DNA of 64,000 nucleotides from NCBI RefSeq assembly GCF_053078305.1, contig NZ_CP166879.1; one strand, 5' to 3'. Shown piece by piece: positions 48,789 to 60,598 of this stretch (position 1 is its first letter; each line of letters starts with the position of its first letter). The notes under the pieces were generated by a model. It saw only the letters and a program-made list of their open reading frames with translations, ran no database searches and was not told where the DNA came from. The position numbers and the translations under genes were made by a program.

Positions 48789-50183
48789 CTACTCCCCCCG
48801 TTCCGGCAATCTAAAGTTAATCTTTTCCACATTAACAATATGGTGATTAATCCTGTCGATATCGACGGAGCTTTGTCCTTTCTCATTCACCGCATGAACA
48901 TTTGCAAGTGACAGCAGTGTTTCTTTTTTCGCCATAAAGACGCCGCGAACGTCTTTGCGCATGTCGAAGTTCATGCTCAATGCTGGTCCAACAGAGGATT
49001 CCTGCATCACATTGATATTGCGCATAAAAAGATGTTGCGGCTTGTTGTGTAACTCCAGCGAGGCACGCTTCATCTCAATGTTAGTCAGCGCCACAAAGGA
49101 GACGGCATTCCCAGCGGAGATTTGGATACCGCGCAATTTGTAAGCAAGATGGGTGTTATCCATTTGAATATTATTCACTCGGAAATTTTGCGGTATTGAG
49201 AGATATTTGCCTTTAATTACCCCATAGCCGATTAACATCCCGGCGCTATTAATCATTTCAATATTATCAATCACGAAATTGTCACAACCGTAAATAGCAA
49301 CTGTCGCGTTATCAATGCCTGCTTTCTTACTGAAATCCGGCGTGATATTGCGGGCTTTGATATTACGGATAACAAAATGTTTGCCATTTTCAACATGGAT
49401 CAACTGCCGACAATCCGATCCCGTGATATTCGCCACGACAAAGTTTTTCACTGCCTGGTCTTCCGGGTAATTATTATCGTAAGTGCTTCCTGCAAGGCCT
49501 ATGCCGATTCCCCAGTTGATTTTGCCGTTGGTACAGTTGATGCGCTCGATGACATGGTCAGATATCAAAATATCACTGTCGTTAATCGCCACGTTCCATT
49601 CGATGGCGTCGCCCTGTAAGTCGCTGAACTTACAGTTGGTGATGTTGGCACCGATAATCTGATTATGAAATCCCTGGCGTAAGATGGCGTAATTAGCGTG
49701 GCTGACAGTGAGGTTATCGATGGTCAGGTTGCGCATGACCCGTTTGTTTTTGCCGCCGATATAAATCTGCGTTACCGGGCCAAAGCCGCTCATCGCCAGA
49801 CCTTTGATGGTGCAGTCAGAGCCGCGCACATCCAGGGTGATGTTATGCATACTGCCGCCCTCCTCCCCTGTCACCTGGCTGCCGTCCTGTAAGACAAATC
49901 GCCCTCTGCCGTTGCCGCGCAGGCTTCCAAGGATGTGTAACATTTTGCCAGGAGGAATGAAGATGCCGGTGTTGATATTGTCACAAACCAATCCGGCAGG
50001 CACGACGACCGTATGCCCTTCGCTGAAGGCTTGTTTAAATGAGGCGATCCAGTCGTGTGGGTTGTAGTCGTTAATGTTAACGCTTTGTCGGGCGGGAAGT
50101 GCGCGAGCGAAAGGGGTATGGAGGAAGGCAAGCGCCGAGCTTGCCGTCAGGAAGGTGCGTCGGGAGAGTGTTTTAAATGGCAT
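48789..50183 (-). CDS. wcaM: Colanic acid biosynthesis protein WcaM
   Basis: 464-aa ORF with twin-arginine-like signal ([14 protein letters not shown]); last gene of wca cluster. Confidence 0.88.
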   Translation of the reverse strand: MPFKTLSRRTFLTASSALAFLHTPFARALPARQSVNINDYNPHDWIASFKQAFSEGHTVVVPAGLVCDNINTGIFIPPGKMLHILGSLRGNGRGRFVLQDGSQVTGEEGGSMHNITLDVRGSDCTIKGLAMSGFGPVTQIYIGGKNKRVMRNLTIDNLTVSHANYAILRQGFHNQIIGANITNCKFSDLQGDAIEWNVAINDSDILISDHVIERINCTNGKINWGIGIGLAGSTYDNNYPEDQAVKNFVVANITGSDCRQLIHVENGKHFVIRNIKARNITPDFSKKAGIDNATVAIYGCDNFVIDNIEMINSAGMLIGYGVIKGKYLSIPQNFRVNNIQMDNTHLAYKLRGIQISAGNAVSFVALTNIEMKRASLELHNKPQHLFMRNINVMQESSVGPALSMNFDMRKDVRGVFMAKKETLLSLANVHAVNEKGQSSVDIDRINHHIVNVEKINFRLPERGE

Positions 50184-50193
50184 ACGTTCTCCT

Positions 50194-51414
50194 CTATAAA
50201 GCCTGCAGCAAGCTGGCGAGTTCTCGATTAATCACCTGCTGGTTAAAATCGTGTTCGACTTTTTCGCGCGCACGTTTGACGACCGGAGCCAGTTCGTCGG
50301 TGTCCAGTTGACTAAACGCCGCCAGACGTTGTGCCAGTGCGCGAGCATCGTTCTCAGGCACCAGCCAGCCGGATTTATCGGCCTCCACCAGTTCCGGTAT
50401 TCCGCTATGTAGAGTAGAAACAACCGGAATGCCGACCGCCATCGCTTCCATCAGCGCCACCGGAATGCCTTCCATATCGCCGTCCGCACCTGTAACCGAT
50501 GGCAAGAGGAAGACATCCGCATCGTCGAGCATCGCTTTCACTTCATGGCTCGGTTTAAAGCCCGGCATCTCCACCACATCTTCCAGTTGATATTGTTCGA
50601 TGAGCGTGCGCAGGCGTCGTTCCCACGGGCCAATGCCGAGGATGCGATAGCGAAATGCCACGCCCTGCTCTTTCAACTGCCGGCAGGCTTCAATCGCCAC
50701 ATGCAGGCCTTTTTTCTCGGTTAAGCGTGCGACGGAGATGATTTCCAGCGGCGTTGCGGGCGCTTTCACCGGACGCGGGCTAAAACGCGTCATGTCCACG
50801 CCCATGCGCGATACGGCGATTTTTTCCCTCGGGCAGCCCATTTTTTGCAGCCTTCCGGCCCACAGATCGCTTATTGGTAACATCAGGTCGCCACGGCGAA
50901 ACAGTTGTTGATATTCGGGAGTGTAGTGGTTGAGCACTTCCCGACTGGAGATATCAATACCGTGAAAGATAGTGGCAATTTTGCCGCGAATGACCCCCAG
51001 TTCGCGTAGTTTTGCTGCGGTTACCCCCGCAGGGCCAAAATGAGCGATAAAGACATCGGCATAAAATGGTGTTGCGACCTGGCCGCAAATGGCAGACAAA
51101 ATCAGGTTTCGCGACTCAGCACCATAGCGTTTGAGGTTAAGTGCCTGCCAGGTATTTTTACGATGAATGCCGCGTAAGGTCTGACTGGCTCGGTGGCGCA
51201 GTTTCGCCACTTTGCCCGTAGGTTCGTCCTGTAACCAGCGGGTTCTGGCGGCAAGGTTGTATTTCGTCCATGCCGCGTGGGTGTTTTGTGTGTCGCCTTT
51301 TTGCAGCGCGACAATCTCCACCTCAAAGCCCATATCAATAAACGCAGTGATTTGGTTAAGAACGAAGGTTTCCGACGACAGCGGAAATTTCAATAAGAAG
51401 AAGCCGACCTTCAT
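50194..51414 (-). CDS. wcaL: Colanic acid glycosyltransferase WcaL (GT4)
   Basis: 406-aa ORF; synteny. Confidence 0.88.
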   Translation of the reverse strand: MKVGFFLLKFPLSSETFVLNQITAFIDMGFEVEIVALQKGDTQNTHAAWTKYNLAARTRWLQDEPTGKVAKLRHRASQTLRGIHRKNTWQALNLKRYGAESRNLILSAICGQVATPFYADVFIAHFGPAGVTAAKLRELGVIRGKIATIFHGIDISSREVLNHYTPEYQQLFRRGDLMLPISDLWAGRLQKMGCPREKIAVSRMGVDMTRFSPRPVKAPATPLEIISVARLTEKKGLHVAIEACRQLKEQGVAFRYRILGIGPWERRLRTLIEQYQLEDVVEMPGFKPSHEVKAMLDDADVFLLPSVTGADGDMEGIPVALMEAMAVGIPVVSTLHSGIPELVEADKSGWLVPENDARALAQRLAAFSQLDTDELAPVVKRAREKVEHDFNQQVINRELASLLQAL

Positions 51415-52691
51415 TTCACCTCCCCGATGCGTTCCAGTACGGACTGCACCATCTGCATTCCCGTCTGACGCTCACGACTGACGGCTTCGCTAAGTCGTGC
51501 GTTCAGCGCCGGAAGCAGGCCTAAGGTATCCGCAACCATCGCTTGCAGGCTGCCGTCCAGTAAATGACGGATATCAATCGCCATCTCTGGCAGCCCCAGT
51601 TGTTGCATAATCCCGGCGGATTTATGTTCGTAGTTGATGGCAATTGCCGGAGTAGCAAAATTCATCGAGATAATGGCGGAGTGCAGGCGCGTACCGACGG
51701 TGAGTTCACAGGCACCGAGAATTTTGCCCATTTCCAGATCGTTGAGTTCATCCATCACCACGTGGTAACGGGCAGGATCGCTGATATGCTGGCGAAGATT
51801 GAGCGCCACCATGCGGTCGTCTTTGTTATAGCTGTCTATGCCCGTACAGGTGGAGAGCGCAATGACCTGATAGCCTTCGTCGAGAATGCGATTGACCACC
51901 CCGGCAAAGGCTTTTTCATACGCATGTTGAGTGGTGCCGAGACGTTTGTCGAACGGTGCCAGTTCGCGCAGGGTAATTGCCACCGTTTTCTGTTGTGCGG
52001 CAACGTCCAGCCAGTGTTGAACGGCATAGCTGGCAGTGAAGTCTTCGGTGTGGTGATCGACCAGCCACGCAGTATCGACGCCATGTTCCACTTTTGCAGT
52101 GGTGATATTGCTGCGTTTCATCAGTTCAAGGCTGACCGATTCGCGCAGGATCAGCGCGTCGCAGTGACCAAAAACGTAGTTCGCCAGTTGGTTAAATTGC
52201 TCATCCTGGAAGGGGCCGACGCTGTGACCAATCATAAACAGCGGCTTTTTCGCCATAAACGTGCAAAGCGCATGTTCAAACTGCGGCACGCCGTAGAGAT
52301 CGACAAAAAACGATCCGCCGACCTGGATAATGGCGTCGTAACCTGACAGCAGGCGCACGAAGTCGGTGAATCCCTGGGCGATGGCGATATTGCGCAGCTT
52401 GCCAGTGTCGGTGACGCGTGAGAGCAATACCTGGTGCTGATAGCGGCGACGGAGGACTTTTTTAACGCGCCCGACAACGCCCGCCGCGCTGTTGTGTTGT
52501 TTCATTTGAAGGAACAGCGGATCACCCATTACCGGGCGGTTGAGCAGCCAGGAAGAACTGACCGGATAGCGGCTCATCACGTCCACTTCGGCATGTGGAT
52601 TGAGGATGTTGATGGCATCAAGTAAGCCGCGCAGGATGGCGCTGTCGCCACGATTGCCGCAAGTGTGGTTGCCCAGAATAAGTAATTTCAT
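51411..52691 (-). CDS. wcaK: Colanic acid pyruvyl transferase WcaK
   Basis: 426-aa ORF MKLLILGNHTCGNRGDSAIL; synteny. Confidence 0.88.
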   Translation of the reverse strand: MKLLILGNHTCGNRGDSAILRGLLDAINILNPHAEVDVMSRYPVSSSWLLNRPVMGDPLFLQMKQHNSAAGVVGRVKKVLRRRYQHQVLLSRVTDTGKLRNIAIAQGFTDFVRLLSGYDAIIQVGGSFFVDLYGVPQFEHALCTFMAKKPLFMIGHSVGPFQDEQFNQLANYVFGHCDALILRESVSLELMKRSNITTAKVEHGVDTAWLVDHHTEDFTASYAVQHWLDVAAQQKTVAITLRELAPFDKRLGTTQHAYEKAFAGVVNRILDEGYQVIALSTCTGIDSYNKDDRMVALNLRQHISDPARYHVVMDELNDLEMGKILGACELTVGTRLHSAIISMNFATPAIAINYEHKSAGIMQQLGLPEMAIDIRHLLDGSLQAMVADTLGLLPALNARLSEAVSRERQTGMQMVQSVLERIGEVK

Positions 52692-52752
52692 TTTTTCCTC
52701 ATAAATTTGATGCCAGGTGAGGCTGTGTTTGTTGTGTTCGTTGCCGTTTTTT

Positions 52753-52942
52753 GCCTGATGCGACGCTGGCGCGTCTTATCAGGCCTACAAGACCCGAGCA
52801 CAGAACCGTAGGCCGGATAAGGCGTTCACGCCGCATCCGGCATTCAGTGCCTGATGCGACGCTGACGCGTCTTATCAGGCCTACAGGTCCCGAGCACAGA
52901 ACCGTAGGATGGATAAGGCGTTTTACGCTGCACCCGGCAACC
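52753..52942. repeat. BIME / REP cluster between wcaK and wzxC
   Basis: Four REP units with gcctgatgcgacgc...cttatcaggcctaca and ccgtaggccggataaggcg motifs in alternating orientation. Confidence 0.8.
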
Positions 52943-52966
52943 GTTGTCGGAACCGAAAACAACAAC

Positions 52967-54445
52967 TCACCCCGCCCGTAAAAGCATTTTCATTTTTTCG
53001 CTGCGACAAAACTGGCGCTTCACTTCCACCACCAGCGGATGGCGCGACAGCACAATCATCACCACAAACGCCAGCACGCCCGCGGCTATTTGCACCGCCA
53101 GCAGCATCCCCAGCGCCAGTTGCCCTTTCAGCACAATGCCCAGCGCATAACTGACCACCAGCGTCGGCAGCGAGAGATAAAACGGCAGCCACAAACTCAG
53201 GATGTACTGGCGATAACTGGAACCGAGCACCGGTTTAATCATCACGAAGTAACTCAGAATGGTGTTGATAATCTGCACCAGCAGGAAACCGAGCGTGACG
53301 CCGATTGCGCCCGCCATCTGCCCACCAATAACAATCGCCGGAATAAACAGAAATGTTTTGAATACGTTGAATTTAAAGCTGATATCGACCCGCGCTTTCG
53401 CCATCAGCAGCGAACCAATCGGGTTACCTACGGAGCGCAGCAGACCCACCACACACAGCAATTGCAGCACCGGAATAATGCTGTTCCACTTTTCGCCAAA
53501 TACCAGCGGTACAAAGTTATTTGACACCACCATCAGCCCGAGCAGCGCCGGAAAGTTGATAATCCCCACCACCGACAGCAGCTTGTAGAAGTTGACGCGC
53601 AGCTTTTCGGTATCGTCCTGAATTTTGGCGAATGCCGGAAACAACACACGGGTGATGATCGGGTTCAGCTTCATCGGCGGCACAACGGCCACGTTGTACG
53701 CCAGGTTGTATCCCCCTGCCACGCCCGCGCCGAGAATACGCGCCAGCACCAGCGTTGAAAGGTTGGTATTGAGATAGTTGATGATGCTGTCCGCCGTCAG
53801 CCAGGCACCAAAGCGTAAGTTCGGCGCAACAGACGCCAGCGAGAAATGCAGACCGGGGCGATAAATTTTGCGGCCAAAGTAGCCAAACAGCAGCGTTCTC
53901 ACCGCACTATTGACCAGATAACCGAGGATCGCGGTCATCGCCAGCGGCCAGAAATGGGCGCTAACCACCGTAAAAGTGAAGCCCGCCAGTACCGCGCTGG
54001 TTTCGATCATGCCGATTTTGTTGAACTCCAGCTCCTTTTGCATCAACGCGCGGAACTGTTGCCCGTGGGGGATAACCACAAACGCCAGCGACAATGTTTT
54101 AATCAACGGTGCCAGGTCCGGGTTGTTCAGCACGTCACCAATGAGATCACTCAACAAAAACACCGCCACGCACACCACAAGCCCCAGCCCAACGTTCAGC
54201 CAGTACAGCGTGGTGAGTTCAAGGTGGCTGATTTCTTTTCGCTGAATAATCGAGTTAGCAATACCGAAGTCAGAAAGCGTATCTGCCAGCGCGATGATCA
54301 CCAGCGACACGGTAAGCAAACCGAACTGGTGGTTGTCGATAATCCGCGCCAGCACGGTCATCTGCACCAGCCCGAGGCCGATGATGATCACCGTGGCAAT
54401 CGCCGACCACTTCGCGCCGCTGATGGTTTTTTCACGTAAGCTCAT
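52967..54445 (-). CDS. wzxC: Colanic acid repeat-unit flippase
   Basis: 492-aa polytopic ORF; synteny. Confidence 0.88.
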   Translation of the reverse strand: MSLREKTISGAKWSAIATVIIIGLGLVQMTVLARIIDNHQFGLLTVSLVIIALADTLSDFGIANSIIQRKEISHLELTTLYWLNVGLGLVVCVAVFLLSDLIGDVLNNPDLAPLIKTLSLAFVVIPHGQQFRALMQKELEFNKIGMIETSAVLAGFTFTVVSAHFWPLAMTAILGYLVNSAVRTLLFGYFGRKIYRPGLHFSLASVAPNLRFGAWLTADSIINYLNTNLSTLVLARILGAGVAGGYNLAYNVAVVPPMKLNPIITRVLFPAFAKIQDDTEKLRVNFYKLLSVVGIINFPALLGLMVVSNNFVPLVFGEKWNSIIPVLQLLCVVGLLRSVGNPIGSLLMAKARVDISFKFNVFKTFLFIPAIVIGGQMAGAIGVTLGFLLVQIINTILSYFVMIKPVLGSSYRQYILSLWLPFYLSLPTLVVSYALGIVLKGQLALGMLLAVQIAAGVLAFVVMIVLSRHPLVVEVKRQFCRSEKMKMLLRAG

Positions 54446-54446
54446 A

Positions 54447-55841
54447 TCAATATGCCGCTTTGTTAACGAATCCTTTGAATACCGTCAGGAAAACGATTTT
54501 GATATCGAACCAGACGCTCCATTCGCGGATGTACTCAAGGTCGAACTCGACGCGTTTTTCCATTTTCTCCAGCGTGTCGGTTTCGCCGCGCCAGCCGTTA
54601 ATCTGCGCCCAGCCGGTAATGCCCGGTTTCACCTTATGACGCAGCATGTAGCCTTCAATGAGCTGTCGATACTGTTCGTTATGCGCCACCGCGTGCGGAC
54701 GTGGACCGACAATCGACATCCCCCCGGTCAGCACATTGATAAACTGCGGCAATTCATCCAGCGAGGTGCGGCGCAGAAAGTTCCCCACTTTGGTGACGCG
54801 CGGATCGTTCTGCGTCGCCTGGGTCACCACTTTGTCGTTCTCCATCACTTTCATGGAACGGAACTTCCACACTTTGATCGGCTTGCCATCCATGCCGTAG
54901 CGAGTCTGGCGGAAAATAACCGGCCCAGGTGAACTGAGTTTCACCGCCAGCGCAATGCAGCACAGCACCGGGGAGATCAGCAGCAGGATAAGCGTCGCCA
55001 GCACAATGTCTTCCGCACGTTTTAGCAGGCGGTTAACCCCGGAAAGCGGCGTATCGTAAAGCGGCACCACCGGAACGCCGTTCATCTCTTCGAGACGTGA
55101 ATGGAGAATGTTGAAGGTAAAGACATCGGGGATCAGCAGCACCGAACAGGTGGTGTCCGCCAATTGATGGACCAGTTTTTTCACTCGCGCGCCGTCGCAC
55201 ATTTGCATCGCGATATAGACGTTATGAATCTTTCCCGCTTTTGCATCCTCGACCAGCTGTTGCAAGTTACCCGCCCAGTCGTTAGAAACGCCGCCCGGTT
55301 TCGGGTCGTGGTATATACCCACCACTTCAAACCCTAACCACGGCTGATTACGGAAGCTCTCCATCAGCATTTGTCCGGCGGCTAAATCCCCCGCCACCGC
55401 GACCATGCGCTTGTTATAGCCATGATTACGCAGCCAGCCCGCCCCAATGCGAATACACGAACGGCAAACCACCAGTCCGATGCTGGTCAGCCCATACCAC
55501 GCCAGCCAGATTTTCAGTTGCGTGTCGAAATCATTGTTGAACGCCACCAGTCCGGCGCTGAAAATCACGCTTAAGGTCCAGTTTTGTAGCAACAGGGCAA
55601 ATTCTGTCGCTGCCCGAACACCGCGCCATGAGCGATAAAAATCGGTGATGCCACCCAGCATCTGGAATACCACCAGCGTAATCAGCGCCACCAACAGGTG
55701 CATGTAGAGGAATGACAGGCCGCTCACTTCGCAAACCAGCCATAGTCCGGCAAACATGATGGTGATATCTGAAAAGCGTTGCACCATAGAGATTAACGAT
55801 GCATTGGTTTTCGCTCGCTCGCGCTTTTTTAGATTTGTCAT
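54447..55841 (-). CDS. wcaJ: UDP-glucose:undecaprenyl-phosphate glucose-1-phosphate transferase
   Basis: 464-aa ORF with N-terminal TM segments and C-terminal sugar-transferase domain (RPHAVAHNE...). Confidence 0.9.
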   Translation of the reverse strand: MTNLKKRERAKTNASLISMVQRFSDITIMFAGLWLVCEVSGLSFLYMHLLVALITLVVFQMLGGITDFYRSWRGVRAATEFALLLQNWTLSVIFSAGLVAFNNDFDTQLKIWLAWYGLTSIGLVVCRSCIRIGAGWLRNHGYNKRMVAVAGDLAAGQMLMESFRNQPWLGFEVVGIYHDPKPGGVSNDWAGNLQQLVEDAKAGKIHNVYIAMQMCDGARVKKLVHQLADTTCSVLLIPDVFTFNILHSRLEEMNGVPVVPLYDTPLSGVNRLLKRAEDIVLATLILLLISPVLCCIALAVKLSSPGPVIFRQTRYGMDGKPIKVWKFRSMKVMENDKVVTQATQNDPRVTKVGNFLRRTSLDELPQFINVLTGGMSIVGPRPHAVAHNEQYRQLIEGYMLRHKVKPGITGWAQINGWRGETDTLEKMEKRVEFDLEYIREWSVWFDIKIVFLTVFKGFVNKAAY

Positions 55842-55895
55842 CGTTGTTCCTGTTATTAGCCCCTTACCCGCAATGGGGTAAGGGAAGATCCGACA

Positions 55896-57265
55896 TTACT
55901 CGTTCAGCAACGTCAGCAGAGTTCGCGTTCGCGCTTCCATCAGCGGCACATCACCGCGTGATTCCACATTCAACCGCACCACCGGTTCGGTGTTGGAGGT
56001 GCGCAGGTTAAAGCGCCAGTCGGCAAAGGTCATGCTGATGCCATCGGTGCGATCCACCGCCAGCGCCTCACGGCTAAAATGCTGTTCCACGCGGTTAATC
56101 GCCTCAACGGGTTGCGCCAGTTTGCTGTTGATCTCACCGCTTGCCGGGAATGCCGCCATCCGGTCGCGCACCAGTTCTCCCAGCGTTTTTCCTTTCAGGC
56201 ACACCAGTTCGGCGACCAGCAGCCACGGGATCATGCCGCTGTCGCAGTAAGCGAAATCACGGAAGTAATGGTGTGCGCTCATTTCGCCACCGTAGATGGC
56301 GTCTTCCTTGCGCATCCGTTCTTTAATAAAGGCGTGTCCGGTTTTCGACATTACCGGGGTGCCGCCTGCGGCCGTCACCACATCAACGGTGTTCCAGGAG
56401 AGACGCGGATCGTGGATGATCTTCGCGCCGGGATTTTTTTCGAGGAACGCTTCTGCCAGCAGGCCGACAATGTAGTAGCCCTCGATAAACTGCCCTTTTT
56501 CGTCAAACAGGAAGCAGCGGTCAAAATCACCGTCAAAGGCAATGCCCATATCCGCGCCGTGTTTAATGACCGCATTGCGGGTGTCGTCGCGACATTCCGG
56601 CAGCAGCGGGTTAGGAATACCGTTGGGGAAATTGCCGTCGGGCGTGTTGTGCACTTTGATCAATTCCACGGGTGCGCCGAGGGCTTTAAAGCGGGCTTCG
56701 ATGGCGTCCACCACCGGACCCGCTGCGCCATTCCCGGAGTTAATCACCAGCTTGAGCGGCGTGAGATTTTTGACATTGATATAACCGAACAGGTGATCAA
56801 CGTAAGCGTCACGCAGGTTGATTTGCTGATAGCGACCGCGTTTGGTTTCATCGACGGGAGGAAAGTCGTTGGCTTCTGCCAGGCGCTGGACGTCGCGCAG
56901 TCCGGTATCACCGCTGATCGGGCGAGCCCCTTCGCGCACCAGCTTCATGCCGTTGTAATCCATCGGGTTATGGCTGGCAGTAACTTCAATGCCGCATCCA
57001 CGCCGAGATGGAACGTGGCGAAATAGATCTCTTCGGTGCCGGACATGCCAATATCCAGCACATCGACGCCCGCATCCTGTAAACCTTTCGCTAGCGCCAG
57101 TTTTAAGGTTTCGCTGGTGAGGCGGACATCACCGCCTAACACAATGGTTTTCGGTTTGAGAAATTCGCCATAGGCGCGACCAATGCGCCAGGCAATATCT
57201 TCATTCAGTTCTTCGCCTAATTTTCCGCGAATATCATAGGCTTTAAAGCAGGTTAATTTTTTCAT
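55896..57265 (-). pseudogene. cpsG: Phosphomannomutase of the colanic acid cluster, disrupted by a 1-bp deletion
   Basis: Split into ORFs 56945..57313 (N-terminus MKKLTCF...FHLGVD then out of frame) and 55896..56963 (C-terminal 355 aa ending [14 protein letters not shown]); alignment to manB shows one missing C near 56991..57000. Confidence 0.8.
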
Positions 57266-57354
57266 GTCGTTACCCTTTTTCAGGCAATAGTTGGCCCTGA
57301 CCGAAGCGGCCAATTTTGTTTTTGTCGTTATTTACACCGCGGTTTCGCATTCAT

Positions 57355-57452
<98 letters not shown>

Positions 57453-57457
57453 GACGT

Positions 57458-58894
57458 TTACACCCGTCCGTAGCGATCCGCGAAGCGCACCACATCATCC
57501 TCTTCGAGATAAGAGCCGGAGCGCACTTCAATTAAATCGAGCGGAATTTTCCCCGGGTTTTCCAGGCAGTGCGTCGCCCCCAGCGGAATATAAATGGACT
57601 CGTTTTCACCAAGCAGTTTGATATCACCGTCAATGGTGACTTTTGCCGTTCCAGCGACAACCACCCAGTGTTCCGCGCGGTGATGGTGCAACTGTACCGA
57701 CAAGCCTTCGCCCGGTTTCACGGTGATGCGTTTCACCTGGTAGCGGTCGCCCGCGTCGATAGAGTCATATTTGCCCCACGGACGATACACTTCGCGATGT
57801 ACCCGATGCTCATGGCGACCATCGGCTTTGATCTGCTCGACCACTTTTTTCACATCCTGCACCGCGTTACGGTCGGCAATCAGCACCGCATCTTTGGTCT
57901 GCACCACTACCAGATCTTTCACCCCGACGGTGGTTACGAGGCCAGATTCGGCATACACATAGCTGTTTTCAGTTTTGTGATTAATCACATCGCCATGGCA
58001 AACGTTGCCCTCGGCGGTGTGGGCACTGATCTCCCATAAAGAGGACCAGGAACCGACATCGCTCCAGCCCGCATCCATCGGCACCACAACGGCATCTGCC
58101 GTACGTTCCATGACCGCGTAATCCACCGACTCTTCCGGGCAGGCCAGAAACGCTTCTTCATCCACACGAATAAAATCAAGATCCGGATCGACGGCGCTCA
58201 TCGCTTTTTCACAGGCATCGAGAATATCCGGGCGATATTTTTTCAGTTCTTCGAGATAGCGTCCGGCGCGGAACAGGAACATGCCGCTGTTCCAGTAATA
58301 TTCGCCGCTTGCCACATAGGCCTGGGCGGTTTCCAGATTCGGTTTTTCGACAAACTGCGCCACTTCAAAGGCCACCGTATCCTGCTCACCAGCAGACACT
58401 TCACCGCGACGAATATAGCCATAACCGGTTTCAGGTAGATCCGGCACAATGCCGAAGGTCACCAGCTTGCCCGCTTCGGCATATGGCATGGCATTACGCA
58501 CGGCGGCACGGAACGCGTCTTCATCGGCAATCACATGATCCGCCGCCAATACCAGCATTAACGGGTCGCTCTCCGGGCTATGACGTTTTGCCGCCAGCGC
58601 CGCCAACGCAATGGCAGGTGCAGTGTTACGCCCTGCAGGTTCCAGAATAATGTTCTCGGTGAGTTTGTTCAGTTGACGCAGCTGTTCCGCGACAATAAAG
58701 CGGTGCTGCTCATTGCAAATCACCACCGGGCTTTCGCACTCCACGCCGTTCAGGCGGCAGATGGTGGTTTGCAGCATGGTGAGATCACCTTTCAGGCATA
58801 AAAACTGCTTGGGGTAAAGTACGCGGGAAAGCGGCCATAAGCGGCTACCGGAGCCACCTGCCATCACAACTGGATAGAGTTTCGACTGCGCCAT
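57458..58894 (-). CDS. cpsB: Mannose-1-phosphate guanylyltransferase (colanic acid)
   Basis: 478-aa [27 protein letters not shown]. Confidence 0.92.
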   Translation of the reverse strand: MAQSKLYPVVMAGGSGSRLWPLSRVLYPKQFLCLKGDLTMLQTTICRLNGVECESPVVICNEQHRFIVAEQLRQLNKLTENIILEPAGRNTAPAIALAALAAKRHSPESDPLMLVLAADHVIADEDAFRAAVRNAMPYAEAGKLVTFGIVPDLPETGYGYIRRGEVSAGEQDTVAFEVAQFVEKPNLETAQAYVASGEYYWNSGMFLFRAGRYLEELKKYRPDILDACEKAMSAVDPDLDFIRVDEEAFLACPEESVDYAVMERTADAVVVPMDAGWSDVGSWSSLWEISAHTAEGNVCHGDVINHKTENSYVYAESGLVTTVGVKDLVVVQTKDAVLIADRNAVQDVKKVVEQIKADGRHEHRVHREVYRPWGKYDSIDAGDRYQVKRITVKPGEGLSVQLHHHRAEHWVVVAGTAKVTIDGDIKLLGENESIYIPLGATHCLENPGKIPLDLIEVRSGSYLEEDDVVRFADRYGRV

Positions 58895-58896
58895 AA

Positions 58897-60120
58897 TTAT
58901 CCCCGAATATCATTTATAAATTGACGTAACACGTTCTCTTTATCGAGCGTGCGTTCGGCATATTCACGTGCCACCGTGTTGTGTTTGGGCAGCAGGAGCG
59001 CCTGACGAATCCCCGCCACCAGCGCCTCAACCGATTCCGGTTCAACGCAAACCGCAATGCCCGGAAAGGTTTCGCAAAGCTGCCCCAGTTCTGTGTAGGC
59101 TTCAGCAGTAATCACCGCGTTACCGCCTACTGCCAGAATATTGGTCAGTTTCGACGGCAATACGGCATCTGCCGCGCCGCGTTTTTGCACCACCAGATGG
59201 CAATCGCCCATCTTCAGCAGTGCGGGTAAAGCGTCATACGATTGCAGCGGGAAAAATTGCATGTTGCGCAGTCCACGCTGCTGCGCCATTTTTTCCAGCC
59301 GCGCTTTGCCGCCGCCCTGCCCGACAATGGCAAAAATCAGCGGTTCATCGCGCAGACGATCGGCAGCTTCAATAACGTTTTCCAGCCCCTGCTTTTCACC
59401 AATATTGCCGGAGTAAAGAATGATTTTTTTGTTATCCGGCAGGCCAAGCTGGTTACGAAGGGCATCAACATCGGCATCTGCAACATGCTGAAAACGGGCG
59501 ATTTCCGACCAGTTGGGGAAGAAGATGACGTTTTCCGCCGCCACGCCTTTTTCGATGGCTTTATTCATCATCGAACGCGAAATCGTGGAGACGTTATCGA
59601 CGTTATGCAGTCCGCTACGTTCGAACGCCGTCGCCAGCTGTGCCACTTTGCCGCCTTTGCCTTTTCCGGCAAGGCCCAGCCCCAGCATGGCGTCCACTTC
59701 GTAATCCTGAATATGCAGCACGGTACGCGCGCCAGAGAGTTTCGCCAGCAGGCGCATTCCCGGCGTGCAAAACAGCGTTGGCACCACGCCAATAATGCGA
59801 TCCGGCTTCCAGCGACGTTGCGCCATCAACGGGAAAAAACTGCTGACGGCAAAACTGCCGAGATGCAACAGGCGTTTCAGGGTGCTCGGCTGTTTTAGCA
59901 CGTACAGCGGGCAGCGCCACACCGTGGCGGCCCCCTCTTCTCGTTTGTAGCGCCAGGCGGAATAGTTCTCGCCCACCTGCCACTGCGGGTAGTAAGGCGG
60001 TGCGGTAATGACCCGCACCTCATGACCTTGTGCCGCCAGCCATTCCACCATCTCGCCGGTGTATTTGCCGATGCCAGTTAACTCCGGCGAGTAGTTAATG
60101 CCGTAGACCAGAATTTTCAT
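58897..60120 (-). CDS. wcaI: Colanic acid glycosyltransferase WcaI (GT4)
   Basis: 407-aa ORF; synteny. Confidence 0.88.
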   Translation of the reverse strand: MKILVYGINYSPELTGIGKYTGEMVEWLAAQGHEVRVITAPPYYPQWQVGENYSAWRYKREEGAATVWRCPLYVLKQPSTLKRLLHLGSFAVSSFFPLMAQRRWKPDRIIGVVPTLFCTPGMRLLAKLSGARTVLHIQDYEVDAMLGLGLAGKGKGGKVAQLATAFERSGLHNVDNVSTISRSMMNKAIEKGVAAENVIFFPNWSEIARFQHVADADVDALRNQLGLPDNKKIILYSGNIGEKQGLENVIEAADRLRDEPLIFAIVGQGGGKARLEKMAQQRGLRNMQFFPLQSYDALPALLKMGDCHLVVQKRGAADAVLPSKLTNILAVGGNAVITAEAYTELGQLCETFPGIAVCVEPESVEALVAGIRQALLLPKHNTVAREYAERTLDKENVLRQFINDIRG

Positions 60121-60596
60121 AATCCGGGTACTCCGGCACGCTTCTCAGCGAGAAAATAGGCGCGGCTGTTAGCGTGAACATTGTCACTGGCGAGCAGTGC
60201 ATCCGGCGTCAGCCAGCGGTAATCGTCATGCTGCTCATCCGGCAGTAACAGTTCTTCTTCCGCTACTCTGAAGCGAAAACCGAGCACCACATAGTGAGTG
60301 GTGAAATCCGTGCCGGAGAAGTTATCGTCATAAAAGTGCTGCCAGACACCGTAAAACTGGCCTGCTGTTATCGGCAGACACAGCCCCAGTTCCGCCATCG
60401 TCAGCCGCTCAAATGCGGCTTCCAGCGTTTCGTCTTTCTGCACGCGCCCTCCCGGCACAAACCAGTAACCCTGCGCCGGGCGGTTGGTTCTTTTGCCAAG
60501 CAGAAACTCGCCGCGACTGTTCTCGACAATAAAGTCGAGAGAGACAAGCGGAGTGGAGCGCACTACCGTGGCAAAGTCTTCCTGACGTAAAAACAT
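60117..60596 (-). CDS. gmm: GDP-mannose mannosyl hydrolase (Nudix)
   Basis: ORF 60117..60599; start [22 protein letters not shown] gives 159 aa. Confidence 0.9.
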   Translation of the reverse strand: MFLRQEDFATVVRSTPLVSLDFIVENSRGEFLLGKRTNRPAQGYWFVPGGRVQKDETLEAAFERLTMAELGLCLPITAGQFYGVWQHFYDDNFSGTDFTTHYVVLGFRFRVAEEELLLPDEQHDDYRWLTPDALLASDNVHANSRAYFLAEKRAGVPGL

Positions 60597-60598
60597 CA

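Noticed and set aside
51564..52346. 260-aa plus-strand ORF (and similar antisense ORFs at 53846..54439, 54294..54932, 59242..59898, 57569..58039)
   Set aside because: Antisense to wcaK, wzxC, wcaJ, wcaI and cpsB respectively; arginine- and histidine-rich translations typical of shadow frames.
52753..52942. Possible CRISPR array (short repeated palindromic units)
   Set aside because: Repeats are REP/BIME motifs with alternating orientation and no uniform spacers; no cas genes in the window.
56079..57026. 315-aa plus-strand ORF (and similar ones at 33746..34273, 33513..33917, 55990..56250)
   Set aside because: Antisense shadow ORFs inside GC-rich cpsG/manB; no independent coding signal, and the sense strand encodes a well-conserved phosphomannomutase.
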